Positions 1 to 11,880 of a DNA stretch of 27,704 nt are shown in pieces. A model generated the notes under the pieces. That model worked only from the letters and a program-made list of their open reading frames with translations, searched no databases and was not told the DNA's origin. Within the stretch, counting starts at the first letter, position 1. Each line of letters begins with the position of its first letter. Source of the stretch: Sarea resinae (lineage: Eukaryota); assembly GCA_026026165.1 (NCBI GenBank), contig JAPEUD010000062.1, forward strand, positions 124,001 through 151,704. The letters run 5' to 3'. A program made the translations under genes and the position numbers.

Positions 1-2008
1 TCCACCAATTGGCATGACGGAGAAGAATATGAATGTCACCACCGCAATCAAGAATTGCACAATACCCAGGGTCAGTGCAATCTTGTTGTGCTGGTTAACT
101 CCGAAGATGTAGACCGATGGAGCAAGGTTCAGGATAAAGACTCCAATCAGGAAGAAGAGCCGTTTCGTCAAGTGTTGAGCACCTGCCCAATTCCTCGGCA
201 CGTAAAGCCATTCCGCGAAGGTGGCAATGATCATGATGAATGATGCGACAGTACCACCAAGAGCAACAGCAGACCAGTGTGCAGCATGAGTGGGTTGATT
301 GTTCAGCTGTTGCTGATAATTTTTCATGTAGAGAGTTGGCGAGTTGTGAGCAGTATAGAACCAGAACATGGTGATGTGGATGATCCAGACACGATTGAAA
401 TTAATAATCATGTGGAACCATGATCGAGTCTCCCGATATGTCTTGAAAAACACCTTGTTCCAGTTCACATCCTTGAGCTTAGTGTACCGTTCTGCAGGCG
501 GAATATCCACCAATCTTGACTTATCCTCCATAACGATTCGTTCAATTCCTTCAGGGTACCAGAATAGCTGGTTCATGTCATCGTATCCGACGACTTGGTT
601 ATGGTCCCTCTCTCGGCGAACATATTTGCCCTCCGAGATCTCGTAGCATTGATCTCGGCAGTAATTGTAGAGAGGAGTGATAACCTCGTTCAGATATGTG
701 CATTCCTCAGCCGGCTCCACACGATTCTGGCACTCAGGCGTCTGAAGATAATCGTGGGCGCACTTGAAAATGAAGCAGAGTAGCTCAGGCATGAATCGGA
801 CTTGATTGGCTTCGCCCCAGCAGAGCAGGAACAAAGCCAATTGTCTAGCGCGATCGTGCTGAGACATGCGATTCATTCTGGTCTTCCATCGATACTCAGC
901 TGCCTCCAAACTGTTGTCTCCTTCGTAAGACTCGAGAGTTTGTTCCTCGTTTTCCGGATTCTGTTGAGCGGCCTTTTTGGCTGCCTTGCGAGCCTTTCGA
1001 GTCCGACGGTTTGCCTTCCCGAGTTTAATGCTGGAGAAACCAACGGAGTCGTCCAAATCAAGGTGGGCGGCGAAATACCATCGGCGATAGTTGGCATTTT
1101 CGCCGCCAATGTAGTCAGCATGCAGAGAAAGCAGTGCCTGATTTGGTGTCATGCGTGATGCACGAGAATCCAAGAGCGTCATCAAGTGGTCATACATGTT
1201 TCTCATGCTATCTCTCTGGAAACCGAATTTGGCAGTAAGATCCAGGAATATGTCCTCAATCTCTTCCTTCGATATCGGAATCTGTGCCTCGGAAGTCCAC
1301 GCTGGGTAAGGCTCCTTCGAACGCTGTCCTGCGGGCAACGCGTTGCTATAGTCCATTCCGTAGATTGGCGTTGACGCACCCGATGATCGATTTCCACCAT
1401 ATGACATCTGAGAAGACGGCGGTCGGTAACCACGCCCTCCTGCGTTGCCTTCGTTATAGCTGTTGTAGCGTTCATCTCCTCGGCCATAATAATCCATTTC
1501 CGCGGCACGGGCCATATCAGACCTCATAGTGAAATCGCTGAATGTCTCGGAGTCCTCTTCCGAATCGTGACCGCGGCGTCGACCCTTGCCACTAGTGTCT
1601 GTTAACGTTTGTTACCACGTGCTTGACTTGTACGGCTTACCCGTTCCCGGCTTGGTTGTAAGGCGTTTGCTGCCCAGCAGCTGGAGCATCTTGATCATAG
1701 TACTGATTGTCGTAGTACTCATCTTGATAGCCTTGTTGGGGACCGTCGTAATAGCCTCCATTCTGATGGTATGGATTATTGGCATCCGCATTGTAATAGC
1801 CGCTGTTTCTGTTAGCGATTTGAAAGATGTTTCGGCTTGAAACTTACGATTCATCATAGTAGCCATCGCCACCTTGCTGATGTTGCTGATATTCCTGGCC
1901 TTGGTCATAGTATCCCTGGGCACGATCATCCTGATAGTATGAATCCGTTTCTTGGCCAGGATGGCCATAGGCTTCGTCGTGATACCCCCCTTCGGGATGA
2001 GCCGACAT
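1..2008 (-). CDS. FKS1: 1,3-beta-glucan synthase catalytic subunit, 5' portion (truncated by window edge); exons 2008-1848 and 1802-<1
   Basis: ATG at 2008 (MSAHPEGGY...YYDES), then a 45-nt intron at 1847-1803 (GTAAGT...GCTAAC...CAG). Manual minus-strand translation gives FKS hallmarks: [96 protein letters not shown], followed by TM segments. Confidence 0.97.
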
Positions 2009-2032
2009 GATTGCTGGGTATGTACTGTTTGA

Positions 2033-2131
2033 CTGGCAATTCCATAACGCGTTAGATGGCACTGGAAATCATAATACTCTCCTTCGACGCGTTGCGGTGT
2101 GAGGTAGAACCGTGGAATTGATCCTACTTAC
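2033..2131 (-). other. Probable 5'-UTR intron of FKS1
   Basis: Minus-strand GTAAGT donor at 2131, CTAAC branch at 2055-2051 and CAG acceptor ending at 2033, 24 nt upstream of the ATG. Confidence 0.6.
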
Positions 2132-5100
2132 ATTATTGATCGTTCATTGATCGGATCGAGTCTCAACTACTTAGAGGACTCAGGCCAATACGTTGAGCAG
2201 AAATGTGAATGACTGAATGATGAGAGCGATTGTCTGGTCCGATGGGACGACCGAAAGAAGAGAGAGACGGTTTGGAATTCGAGATCGATGAATGTCGAAT
2301 CCAAGAAAGTGTATGTATCAGGCTCAAACGGATCGATGGCTGTTGTCGAGTCACGAGCTGTTATTAACGATGGTGTTGTGTTGCCCTCCACGACGGATGC
2401 GTGACCTTCGGAAATGCTTGACTTGAAAGAAAGTTACCCGTACAGTGTGCGTACGAGCTCCTCACCCCTTGAGCTGTCCAAGTCAAGTATTCAATTCGAC
2501 GAAAACGGAGCACCTCTCTCACTGTATATTCTCGCGTCCTTACGAGAACAACAGGAGCAGAATTGAGGGGACAAGAAGTAACGAAAGACTGAAGTTTGGC
2601 GGAACGAGGGCGAGAGGAGGGAGGTTGGGAGTAGGGGAGGGCTTTGGTAGAGGATTTTCAAGGAGACGGGCGCTGACTGCTTGGATCCAAATTGGGACCC
2701 AAACGGGCTCTTCCCTTAAGGGTGAATAAAAAGTGGGCCCGAGCTCAAACCCTCCCAACCGTCCAGGGGTTCATTGCGCTACAGATACAAATAACATCTG
2801 GCAGCCATGTATGCGAGATGTAGTTCAGTGTATCCCCATACCAGCACCTCAATTCCCGGTTCTTCTTTGGTAGGCTTATGTGACGATCGTGGTACTCTCT
2901 ACGTCTGGTTGTACTCGTGGTCGCTTACTATTAAGGGCGGGGAATCAAGTCAACTGTGGGGACTTCTTACCTCGTCGGTACCTTTGGACTTCTGGATCCA
3001 TACATTCCCCCTACTCCATAGTACCATAGGCTTTCCTCACGAAATGGATGGGGCCGGGTGTTCCTGTTTTCGACATGCTCGCCTACTGTCTACTGCAAAG
3101 CAAGGCAGCTTAACATCTACGGTAGCTACTCGGAGGAGTAGATATCGACCCTAAAATTTCGCGTCTTTGCCTTTTTCAGCGAGTGCATCCAGCCAATGTA
3201 CTGATGATGGCTTCGAGTTTCCATCGCTCTACTCGTAGAGTGGCAATCGATCGAAGAGAGATCGTCCCCCGCTAGCCAATACTGCAGTCTACTGCAGATA
3301 GACTGGCGTGTGGATGGAGACCACCTCACTTTGGTAGCCTCGAGCACGAGGCATCCGATCATGGTTTTTCCAGTGTGGAATGGATCAAAATCCATGGTGC
3401 ACTAACTAGGCCCCTTAGACAGTGAACGCATCTACTCCGGAGTAGTATCTCTTCCGCTACGATACGTCCAATGTACGGAGTAATAATCATTCATGGATCG
3501 GCGGGTGACATGGGCGAGATTAATACTAGGTAAGGACAATAGAGTAATGCCGAAGAGTATAAATAGGTAGGCGCGATAGAGGCTAGACAAGAGGCAAATC
3601 CAGTTTTGGGGCGTGGTCGGATGGCGAGGTGTGGGCGAGCTGTGGGCGAGGTGTGGGCGAGTGGCAATTCTCCAGCTATATACCTCGTCCTCTCCCGCTT
3701 TGAGCTTAGTGCTCGCCCGCGTTTGACACAAGAGAGTACAAAGCCGGTACAAAGACACGACTGGTGAGCTGGCTGATCCCGCGATACGCTAGCAAGGGTT
3801 TCGAAACTTCCAGGAGACGGAAGTCAGGAATAGGGGCTAAGTATTGAGTACCGACCTCCTAAACACCTAATCAACTTCCAAGTTGTTCCTAAAACAGGTC
3901 GGAGCAGCAATCCGCTGCTAGCTACTTAGGTACCTAAGGTATCTACTCCGTAAGGTATCTTAGGTACTCGGGTATTCCTAATGGTTACGAGGAACAAATG
4001 CATGGGCCAGACAATGGGAGCATGAGACGAGACAGCGCAGAGCCAGCAGTCACAAATAACCACTGTACGCCTAGCAACCGCCTCCCTCCGCTCTTATCTA
4101 CGGCGTATTGTAGGACAATCTCCCGGCACAAGCGGAGTCTCCCATCTGTACCTATTGTCAGAGTACTTCGTACCTTCACTACCTGAGGTACCTTACCTTA
4201 GAATCACTTTCCCTTGTGTCCGACCAGTACTCATATTTTACGTGCCGTGTGCTTGGGAGTAGCAGTCTAAGATCTGTCTAAGTGCATCCATGAGGAGCAT
4301 CTTAGACCTATTTCAGTAGTGTTGCTAGGTAATATGAAGGCCAGGCTGCTCGGCCCATGCTTAAATGTATGTACTCCAAGAAGAGTAGAGTACTGGTGTA
4401 CTCTGTACTTCGTGGGCAGTACCTACCTTAGTAGAGCAGGCATTCCGATGTCCCAAACTTCCGAGCTTCACATCCTACGAGTATTGGCTTCTTAAGTGTA
4501 CTTCATAGCTCTTCATAGTACTTAGTAGTACGGATACAGCTCACCTTCCTCCGGCGCTGGCATTATGAAGGTACCGTACGAAGTACTCTCTGGATGCGCC
4601 GAGTACGGAGTACTACGGCGTAGGTCCTTCTCGCCTTTGTTTCTTTATCCTGAGGCCTAAAATATAGCTGGAGTCAACAATAATACTATGAGTATATCGA
4701 CGAAGTCATGTTTCGTTCACATTCCTTTCTCCCCACCTTCAAAGTCAAAGTTCTGCTCAACTAATTCACTCCTCACTCCGCCATGAGACACAACCTACAG
4801 CTATTGGAGTAATGAAATGGATTTGGACACTGAATTTGCCATTTAGAGGCACATATCTAGGAGTTCTATCAATTTCGTCGAATTGGAGAGTATATTCATG
4901 CGCATGCCGACGGATGACTACTGCTTGGTTTATCTATTTCTGGCAGGTCAGTTGTCTCTCAGCGTTGCGAAAAAACACATTATGTGGCAGCGAAATCTTC
5001 CAGAGAACGGTTGTCCGTTGCAGATTGTGATCATTTGTGTATGGGACTCTCTACGGCGTCGAGCATCTCCTGCGTCGTTGCAAGATTGCGCGTCCAGTGG

Positions 5101-5787
5101 GGCATCTCTTGCCAGGGGAGATCGGTGTTCGAGGCTACAGGAAGGTCTGTGATTGGTCCTCAGTCCGCCGGTGTCTCTCATTTGAGGCTGCGAGTTCGGC
5201 CAAGTCTACTCTATCGTAAGGTAACAAGAACGAGTGTTGTGGTCTGTCATCCTTACCTGCCAATAGCATTGGTTCCTCGGCCACAAGCGCTGGGTCTAAG
5301 GACTCGAGTAGGTACTACGAGTAGGTGTCTGGCTGGAATGGTCCTGGTGTACTCCGTAGAGTTGGGAAGGCAGGTAGTAGGTACCGTATCAGCGACACGC
5401 GCTCTTTCCCCTTACGCTCGCCCGGGCTCTCCAACGCCGACCGACCCTTTTTCAGTCGTACACCTTCATCCCAGATTCCATCGCTCCCAGGTCCTCATTA
5501 TTCACTCACTACTCATTGAAGCATCTTTCACCCTTCACTTTTCAAGGCCGTTGGAAGAGAGACTGTTCACCTTCGCTTTGTTTTCCAAAGTCTCTCTTTA
5601 TAGCACACTGTTCGCGTGTTGCTCTCTTTCTACCTGACTGATCGATCGTCTTAGATCAGCGCTTTCGCTTCCAACTCTAGTTTTTTCGGGGTTTCTGAGG
5701 GCTTGGCATTATCAACAACACGACTTCAGATAACATTCACATCAACTTTCGTCCGCCCACGGCTGGTATTCTTCGCATACTGCGGCC
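2132..5787. promoter_or_regulatory. Long divergent intergenic/promoter region shared by FKS1 and the GH72 gene
   Basis: Lies between head-to-head genes with no credible CDS. Pyrimidine-rich leaders occur near both genes. Contains repeated TACGGAGTA/AGGTA motifs and 14-bp palindromes. Confidence 0.7.
3628..3661 (+). repeat. 11-bp tandem repeat (G[G/C]TGTGGGCGA) x3
   Basis: Directly visible as ggtgtgggcga gctgtgggcga ggtgtgggcga g. Confidence 0.8.
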
Positions 5788-7660
5788 ATGAGAGCATTTG
5801 GGATCGCCTCGACTGTGGTCGCTGCGGCGGCCCTCTTTGCCTCCACCGTTACTGCTGATGTCGACCCGATCGTGATCAAGGTGTGCCATTACCCCGACAC
5901 GTTCCCGAGCAATCTTCTAACATCAACCGCGAAAAGGGTTCTAAGTTCTTTTATAAGACCAATGGAACGGAGTTGTGAGTAGCCATTGACTGAAAGGCAA
6001 CACAGCCTCGCTAATGCCAGTCATTCTTTAGCTTCATTCGGGGTGTTGCATACCAGCGTGAGTCTGCTTTTGTGGGATTGGGATCCTCATCCATACTAAA
6101 AGTCGGCAGAGGATGTGACTGGTAACGCCAGCTCTACCAGCAATGACTATACGGACCCTCTCACCGACCCTGCCGGCTGCAAGAGAGATATTCCCTATCT
6201 GCAACAATTGCAAACCAACACTATCCGTGTCTACGCTATCAACCCTGACCAGGATCACTCCGAGTGCATGCAAATGCTGCAGGATGCTGGTATTTACCTT
6301 ATTGCCGATCTGTCACAGCCCGATCTCTCGATCAATCGCAACTCTCCAACCTGGAATGACGAATTGTACGCGCGCTACACCAGTGTCGTCGATGTTCTTG
6401 CAAACTACACAAACACCCTTGGTTTCTTCGCTGGTAATGAAGTTTCGAATCAAGCCAACAACACCGATGCCAGTGCTTTTGTTAAGGCTGCTGTCCGTGA
6501 CATGAAATCATACATCAAGCAGAAGCAATACCGCACGATTGGTGTTGGATACGCTACAAATGACGATGCCTCAATCCGTGTCGACCTAGCGGATTATTTC
6601 AACTGCGGACCTTCTGAGGACAGCATTGATTTCTGGGGCTATAACATCTACTCTTGGTGCGGCGAGTCCTCGTATACGCAGTCAGGATATAACGTTCGTA
6701 CCGAGCAGTTTTCCAACTACTCGGTTCCAGCTTTCTTTGCTGAGTATGGTTGCAATTCGGTCCATCCACGCCCGTTCACAGAGGTCGGGGCTCTCTTCGG
6801 CTCTCAAATGACGCCTGTCTGGTCTGGTGGCATCGTTTACATGTACTTCCAAGAGGCCAATGATTACGGTAGGGCTTTTCCCACCCCTTCAAATATTTCA
6901 TACTTTCTAATATCGTATAGGTCTTGTCTCTGTCTCCGGTAGCTCCGTCAGCCCTTTGCCGGATTTTACGTCTCTATCAAGCCAACTTGCCAAAGTCACC
7001 CCGACTGGCGTCAACTCTGCATCCTATACCCCAACCAACACACAGCCTCAGGCCTGTCCCGCAACCGGCACTGCTTGGCAAGCTGCCACCGCTCTCCCTC
7101 CGACACCTAATCAGGAGCTCTGCTCTTGCATGATGAACTCTCTCAGCTGTATTGCCAAGCCATCTACCAATGAAAGTGACGTCGGCGACAAATTCGGGGT
7201 CGTTTGTGGACTCCAGAAGGATGTCTGTGCTGGTATTACGGCTAACGGTACTCTTGGCACTTACGGTGCCTATTCAATGTGCAATGCTACTGAGCAGCTG
7301 TCTTTTGTCTACAACCAATACTATCTAGGCCAGAAGAGCAATCCCAGCGCCTGCGCCTTTGATGGTGCTGCCGTAACTCAGTCTCCCTCGTCGGCGAACG
7401 GCAACTGCAAAGCCCTCCTTAGCCAAGCTGGAACTGCGGGTACTGGCACTGTGACCTCAGCCCCAACTGGTACTGGTGCGGGCGCCGCTTCTGGTTCTGG
7501 CACTGGCAGCAGTGGCACTACTGGGTCTTCTACTTCGACGGCTACCAAGAAGAGTGCAGCCAACTCGGTCACGGTTCCAGGATTCGATTTTGGTATGCTG
7601 CAACTTGGAGCTTACCTTGTCGGTGCTGCCCTTACAGGGGCAGGCATGATCATCCTGTGA
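5788..7660 (+). CDS. GH72 1,3-beta-glucanosyltransferase (Gas/Gel family) with Cys-rich X8/CBM43 domain, S/T/G-rich linker and GPI signal; exons 5788-5880, 5937-5974, 6032-6057, 6110-6868, 6921-7660
   Basis: Signal peptide [23 protein letters not shown]. The spliced sequence reads [40 protein letters not shown] (catalytic E), [18 protein letters not shown] (catalytic E), [32 protein letters not shown] and the Cys-box, ending in a hydrophobic C-terminus. All four introns are GT-AG. Confidence 0.96.
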
Positions 7661-8588
7661 TGAATCCAAGATTGAAAGCCAATGATATTTTAACATTCCT
7701 TTGGCGTATGTTCAGATGTGAAAGAGTATCTCGTCAGCGTCTCATTAAGCGGAAGGGCGCTCATTGTGGCAAGCGGCGGTTTTGGGCGGAAAACATGTAA
7801 TATTTCTTTGCTGCTATCAGTACGCCATTCTTTTTCCGCATAGTGGCAAGCTTTCTACCAGGTCACGTTGCACTTGGTCTCCGCTTTCGTCTCTCCTTCA
7901 TTTCATGGGCATGCGTAGACAACAGCAGCCTAAAATGGGTAGTAAATATCTGTCATTGATTCCAGTGCATGTCCCAGAACTCACGCTCCAAAGCTTTTTT
8001 ATGAGGTTAGAAATTCAAGGGGCTCGCGGCGTGGTCAAGTAGATGGTTATGCTTTTTATATCCAATAATGTTGCCGGGGAAGAAGGTCACAGCTGAAGTT
8101 GGAATAAGGAAACAGCGGGGGAGAAGAAATGCGTGGCAGTCACTGGGACATCAAAGGGGCTAGAGCCCGCGTCGGGTAAGAAGCTAAGGTAGGTACAAAT
8201 GTTCTTGGAATCTTAGTACCCAAATTTCAAGTACGGATAGCTAAGGTACAAAGTACAAGCCGACTGACAGCCTACACTATTTACCCCTAGTACATACCTT
8301 AGATAGTACTACAGTAAATAGATGAGAACCTGATCACACGACCTCCATGTGTTGTATACGATCGCAACTCATTCTCGAAAAGCACATATCCAATCTCGTA
8401 ATAATGAGCAAATTGATGCAGGTCCAGGTCCGAGAAATCCCAGTTGTGACGATTGAATAAGCTAGCTCCCAAATCAATCACGTGCAAACAGGTTGTCGGG
8501 CCAACGGCCTCTATATTGTGCAGACGACTTCAGACAATAGACGCCACGCACTGAGATCGACAAGGTACTGTCAGTAAAGGGAGAACTG

Positions 8589-10830
8589 ATGGCTAGGATA
8601 CACGAGGATAGTGATAGTGATGAAGGGTTGCCGGAGCTTTCAGCTGTCATCCAGCGGTATTCCAGCCAATCTAAAACCGCAGTTGGGAATACCGCGATAA
8701 GGGAAGAGCAATCAAAGCCCACTGAACCCATGCTGCGGTCCAAAGATATCGAGCTTCGAAACAGAAGTTGGGCAAACAAGCGTGATCTATCTTCGAAACT
8801 TAGATTATCTTCAGGGTTGGAGCAAGAAGCCGGCAATCCAGCATCAGCTGACAATCAGCAGTCAGGAGGAGAAAATAGATGCGTGAGAGAGAAGAGCGCC
8901 CAGAACCGTCTCGGGAAACAGCACCCTTTGTGTCCGAACCAAGTGAACTCTCTGCTGTTACCTTTATCATCTTTGGCACTTGATGGGAATTCTGGGGGAG
9001 ACCGACAAAGAGAGAAACAATGGCATCAACTAGGCACTATAACCGGAAATGGCCGGGCTCCGGACAGTACGGTCAATCCGGAAAATGGAATTGCGGCAAA
9101 AGAAGTGGCCTTCCATGCGTATAACTCGTTCGATTCACCAACAATCAGCACAGGGCAGATCGAAGAGGGGAATCAGGCTTCAAAACCAGCATCACCTCAG
9201 CATAGCCCCAGAAGAATAGGGAAGCTACTCAAATTACAGTCTTCTGGATCCCAGAGATTCTGCTCGAATATGCTTGAAGCGGTTGCGCCACTTCCAACCA
9301 CGCAGAGTGATTCCTCTTCGAACATCACACCACACGTACCAAAAGGGGGTTCTGAACGGGCCATGGAAAACAACGCTTCGTCAGATGAGGAGTCAGGTGC
9401 CATTTTGACTTAGTGAGCCATTATAGAAAATCTGCTGTAGCATGAAGAGTGCTTTAACATCTAAAATTAGTCTCCCTCCCCAGTCAAAGTCTCCGACGAA
9501 GGTTCACCGTGCAAGTCGTCCGGTGACACCTCCCTTGGAGACCCCAAAATCGAAATCCCACACACCAAGCAGACGACGACATGTTATCCCACCTTCACCC
9601 CTTCGGCCCAGCCTCGACTCCTTCTGGACGTCAGAAGTTGTCAATGACTGGAACGAGCTCCACTCTCCACAGATGATGCCTCGAACTAGTCGTACGTCGC
9701 CCTTCAGCGTGGTGTCCTCTAACAAAGACGACGTCGCTAGTATCTTATCACCGCCTGTCTCACCTAGCAAATATCGCGTCAAAAATAGTAGAACACATAA
9801 GACAGATCCAAAAGCTGCGGTTACCAAGAATACATTTGAGCAACAGCGAGACCATCTTGCTAAGACGTTCTTCAGCGAGATTGATGAGGTTGTGGCAGGG
9901 GGTCAAGTGGCGAAATTAGCTAGCTCAGGTGGCGGTGTTCGCATCATCTGGAGTAAGACCCTCAAGTCTACGGCGGGACGAGCGAACTGGAGGCGAGAGG
10001 TTATCTTACCACCCATTTCTGCGGATGATCAAGGTCATGAGGAGGGAGCAGACCGAAAACATAGGCATATTGCGTCAATCGAGTTAGCAGAAAAGGTGAT
10101 CAGTGACGAAGGTACGTGTACCGTATCCGTTCGAACAAAAGTGTATCTCACACTAGAACCAATGAATTCAACAGTAAGGCTTTTGAACGTTATAGCGCAT
10201 GAATTCTGCCATCTTGCCAACTTCATGATCAGCAACGTTAGGAACAATCCGCACGGCAAAGAGTTCAAAGAGTGGTAGGGCCTTATTCCCCCTGTCGCTC
10301 CTGCGATGCATGCTTCCCTCATTTCTCCCCCCCACCCCGCCTTCTACCCCCGCAAATCAGCAAGTATAGGCCACTAAGTCTTATTCTTCTCATGCTTATA
10401 TGACACCATACACAATAGGGCGCGTAAGACAACGCTTGCTTTCCATCACCGCGACGTTGAGGTGACCACCAAGCACTCATACGCGATATCATACAAATAC
10501 ATCTGGACTTGCACCGAATGTGGGGCGGAATTCAAGCGGCACTCGAAATCTATCGACCCGAAGCGGCACAGTTGCGGAACTTGCAAGGCCAGGCTTGTGC
10601 AGACGTTGCCGAAACCGCGGGCGAATAACACGATAACGAGCACTGGTATTGAGGCCCGAGAGAACGGGACGGGCATGTCGGAGTATCAGAGGTTCGTGAA
10701 GGAGGGGTTCGCGAGAGTCAAACTAGAGAATCCGAACCTAGGGTTTGGCGGCTGGATGGTGATACTAGGAAGGGAGTATAGGGAGCGGAAGAATAGAAAC
10801 GGTGAAGGAGCTGCGAGTAATGGAACATGA
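8589..10830 (+). CDS. SprT/Spartan-like Zn metalloprotease, GCNA-like architecture (disordered N-terminus + SprT + C2C2 Zn ribbon + HMG-like tail); exons 8589-9412, 9471-10111, 10175-10274, 10419-10830
   Basis: Motifs IIWSKTLKSTAGRA, IELAEKVI, AHEFCH (HExxH), PHGKEFKEW, TTKHSYAISYKYIWTCTECG...RHSKSID...CGTC, and HMG-like SEYQRFVKEGFARVKLENP. Splice sites restore a continuous frame. Confidence 0.88.
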
Positions 10831-11059
10831 GGTAGTGATGAGAGATTAAGATGAATCCGCTCCTTCATCGGAAACGAGATCTAGATCGATTCAGCGCAAT
10901 AGAGCATGTGTCAATATCGAGCTGTATTGCACGTGAAGTAGGAGGGGACAAAATGGCTGACTGACATCTGATCTAGTATCTTCTCCTGTGGTCTTCTCCG
11001 ATCTCTACGTAGTTAATGTTGGGTTTTGTTTGAAGACAATTCTATGCGAATATAGTAGA

Positions 11060-11880
11060 GGCTGAAGATAACAAGATCAGACGAGGAAGTAAATCCGTGG
11101 CTATAGGTTTAATTAGATAGAAACTCAGTGGCATTAAGGTCCGAAAGGTCGAGATAGAGCAGCAGCTGTAAAAGAAAGCAGTTGCTCTCTCCTCCTTCGT
11201 ACTAATGTCGCATTGGTGATAGTGTAAGGTCTAGTAAATGGGCAAACTGGTCCTACGTGCATCAAAATGACTACTATAACCTGGCTCGCCTTGGTTTTGC
11301 CTATTTGCCTACTACACATATATATAGCAGCGCTCCTCGTAAATAGGCACCCCCCAATTCTGACTGGTATTTTTGAAAATTTCTCACCAGTTTTCTATTC
11401 TGTCAGATTTCCTATAATCTCTGCTGAAGTATTTTGAGTAAATAAATACTCTTGAGTATTGATTTGACACAATTCCGACTTATACGTAGTGAGATAGAGG
11501 TGAGTAAAAAGACTAACTTTATAAAAAATTCCGACCTTAGCTCCTACCTTTCGAATAATAGATATATATACTGTGGTGTCTTTAAATTCAACACTAGAGC
11601 TTTTTATATGTAAACGCCTCTATCATACCTCACCTTCACGATATCTTTTATCTATGTTGTGTCGGATAGAAAGGAAGAAGTAGTGCTACTATAGGAATTT
11701 TATACTTCACTACTGTAATGGTTCTAACACTTTAATTCCAACACTTTATTTGATTCCTTTAGAATGTTACAGTATATACTACTAAAACTTTCTAAATTAC
11801 TCTGTAAATATGACTGAGACGATCTCAGATGCTAAAGAGCTTTAATAGGTTTTGAGCTAATTCAGACATTGTACCTAGTA
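11060..11880. other. AT-rich intergenic block, possibly a RIP-degraded repeat relic
   Basis: Visibly more AT- and TpA-rich than the flanks, with no credible ORF. Boundaries are approximate. Confidence 0.35.

Noticed and set aside
1..60. Echinocandin-resistance hot-spot status of FKS1
   Set aside because: Hot spot 1 lies downstream of the window edge and cannot be assessed.
55..1840. Multiple plus-strand ORFs over the FKS1 region
   Set aside because: These are antisense shadows of the FKS1 coding strand with no recognisable motifs.
4984..5637. 217-aa ORF upstream of the GH72 gene
   Set aside because: It has a non-ATG start and no domain-like features, and it overlaps motif-rich promoter and pyrimidine-rich leader sequence.
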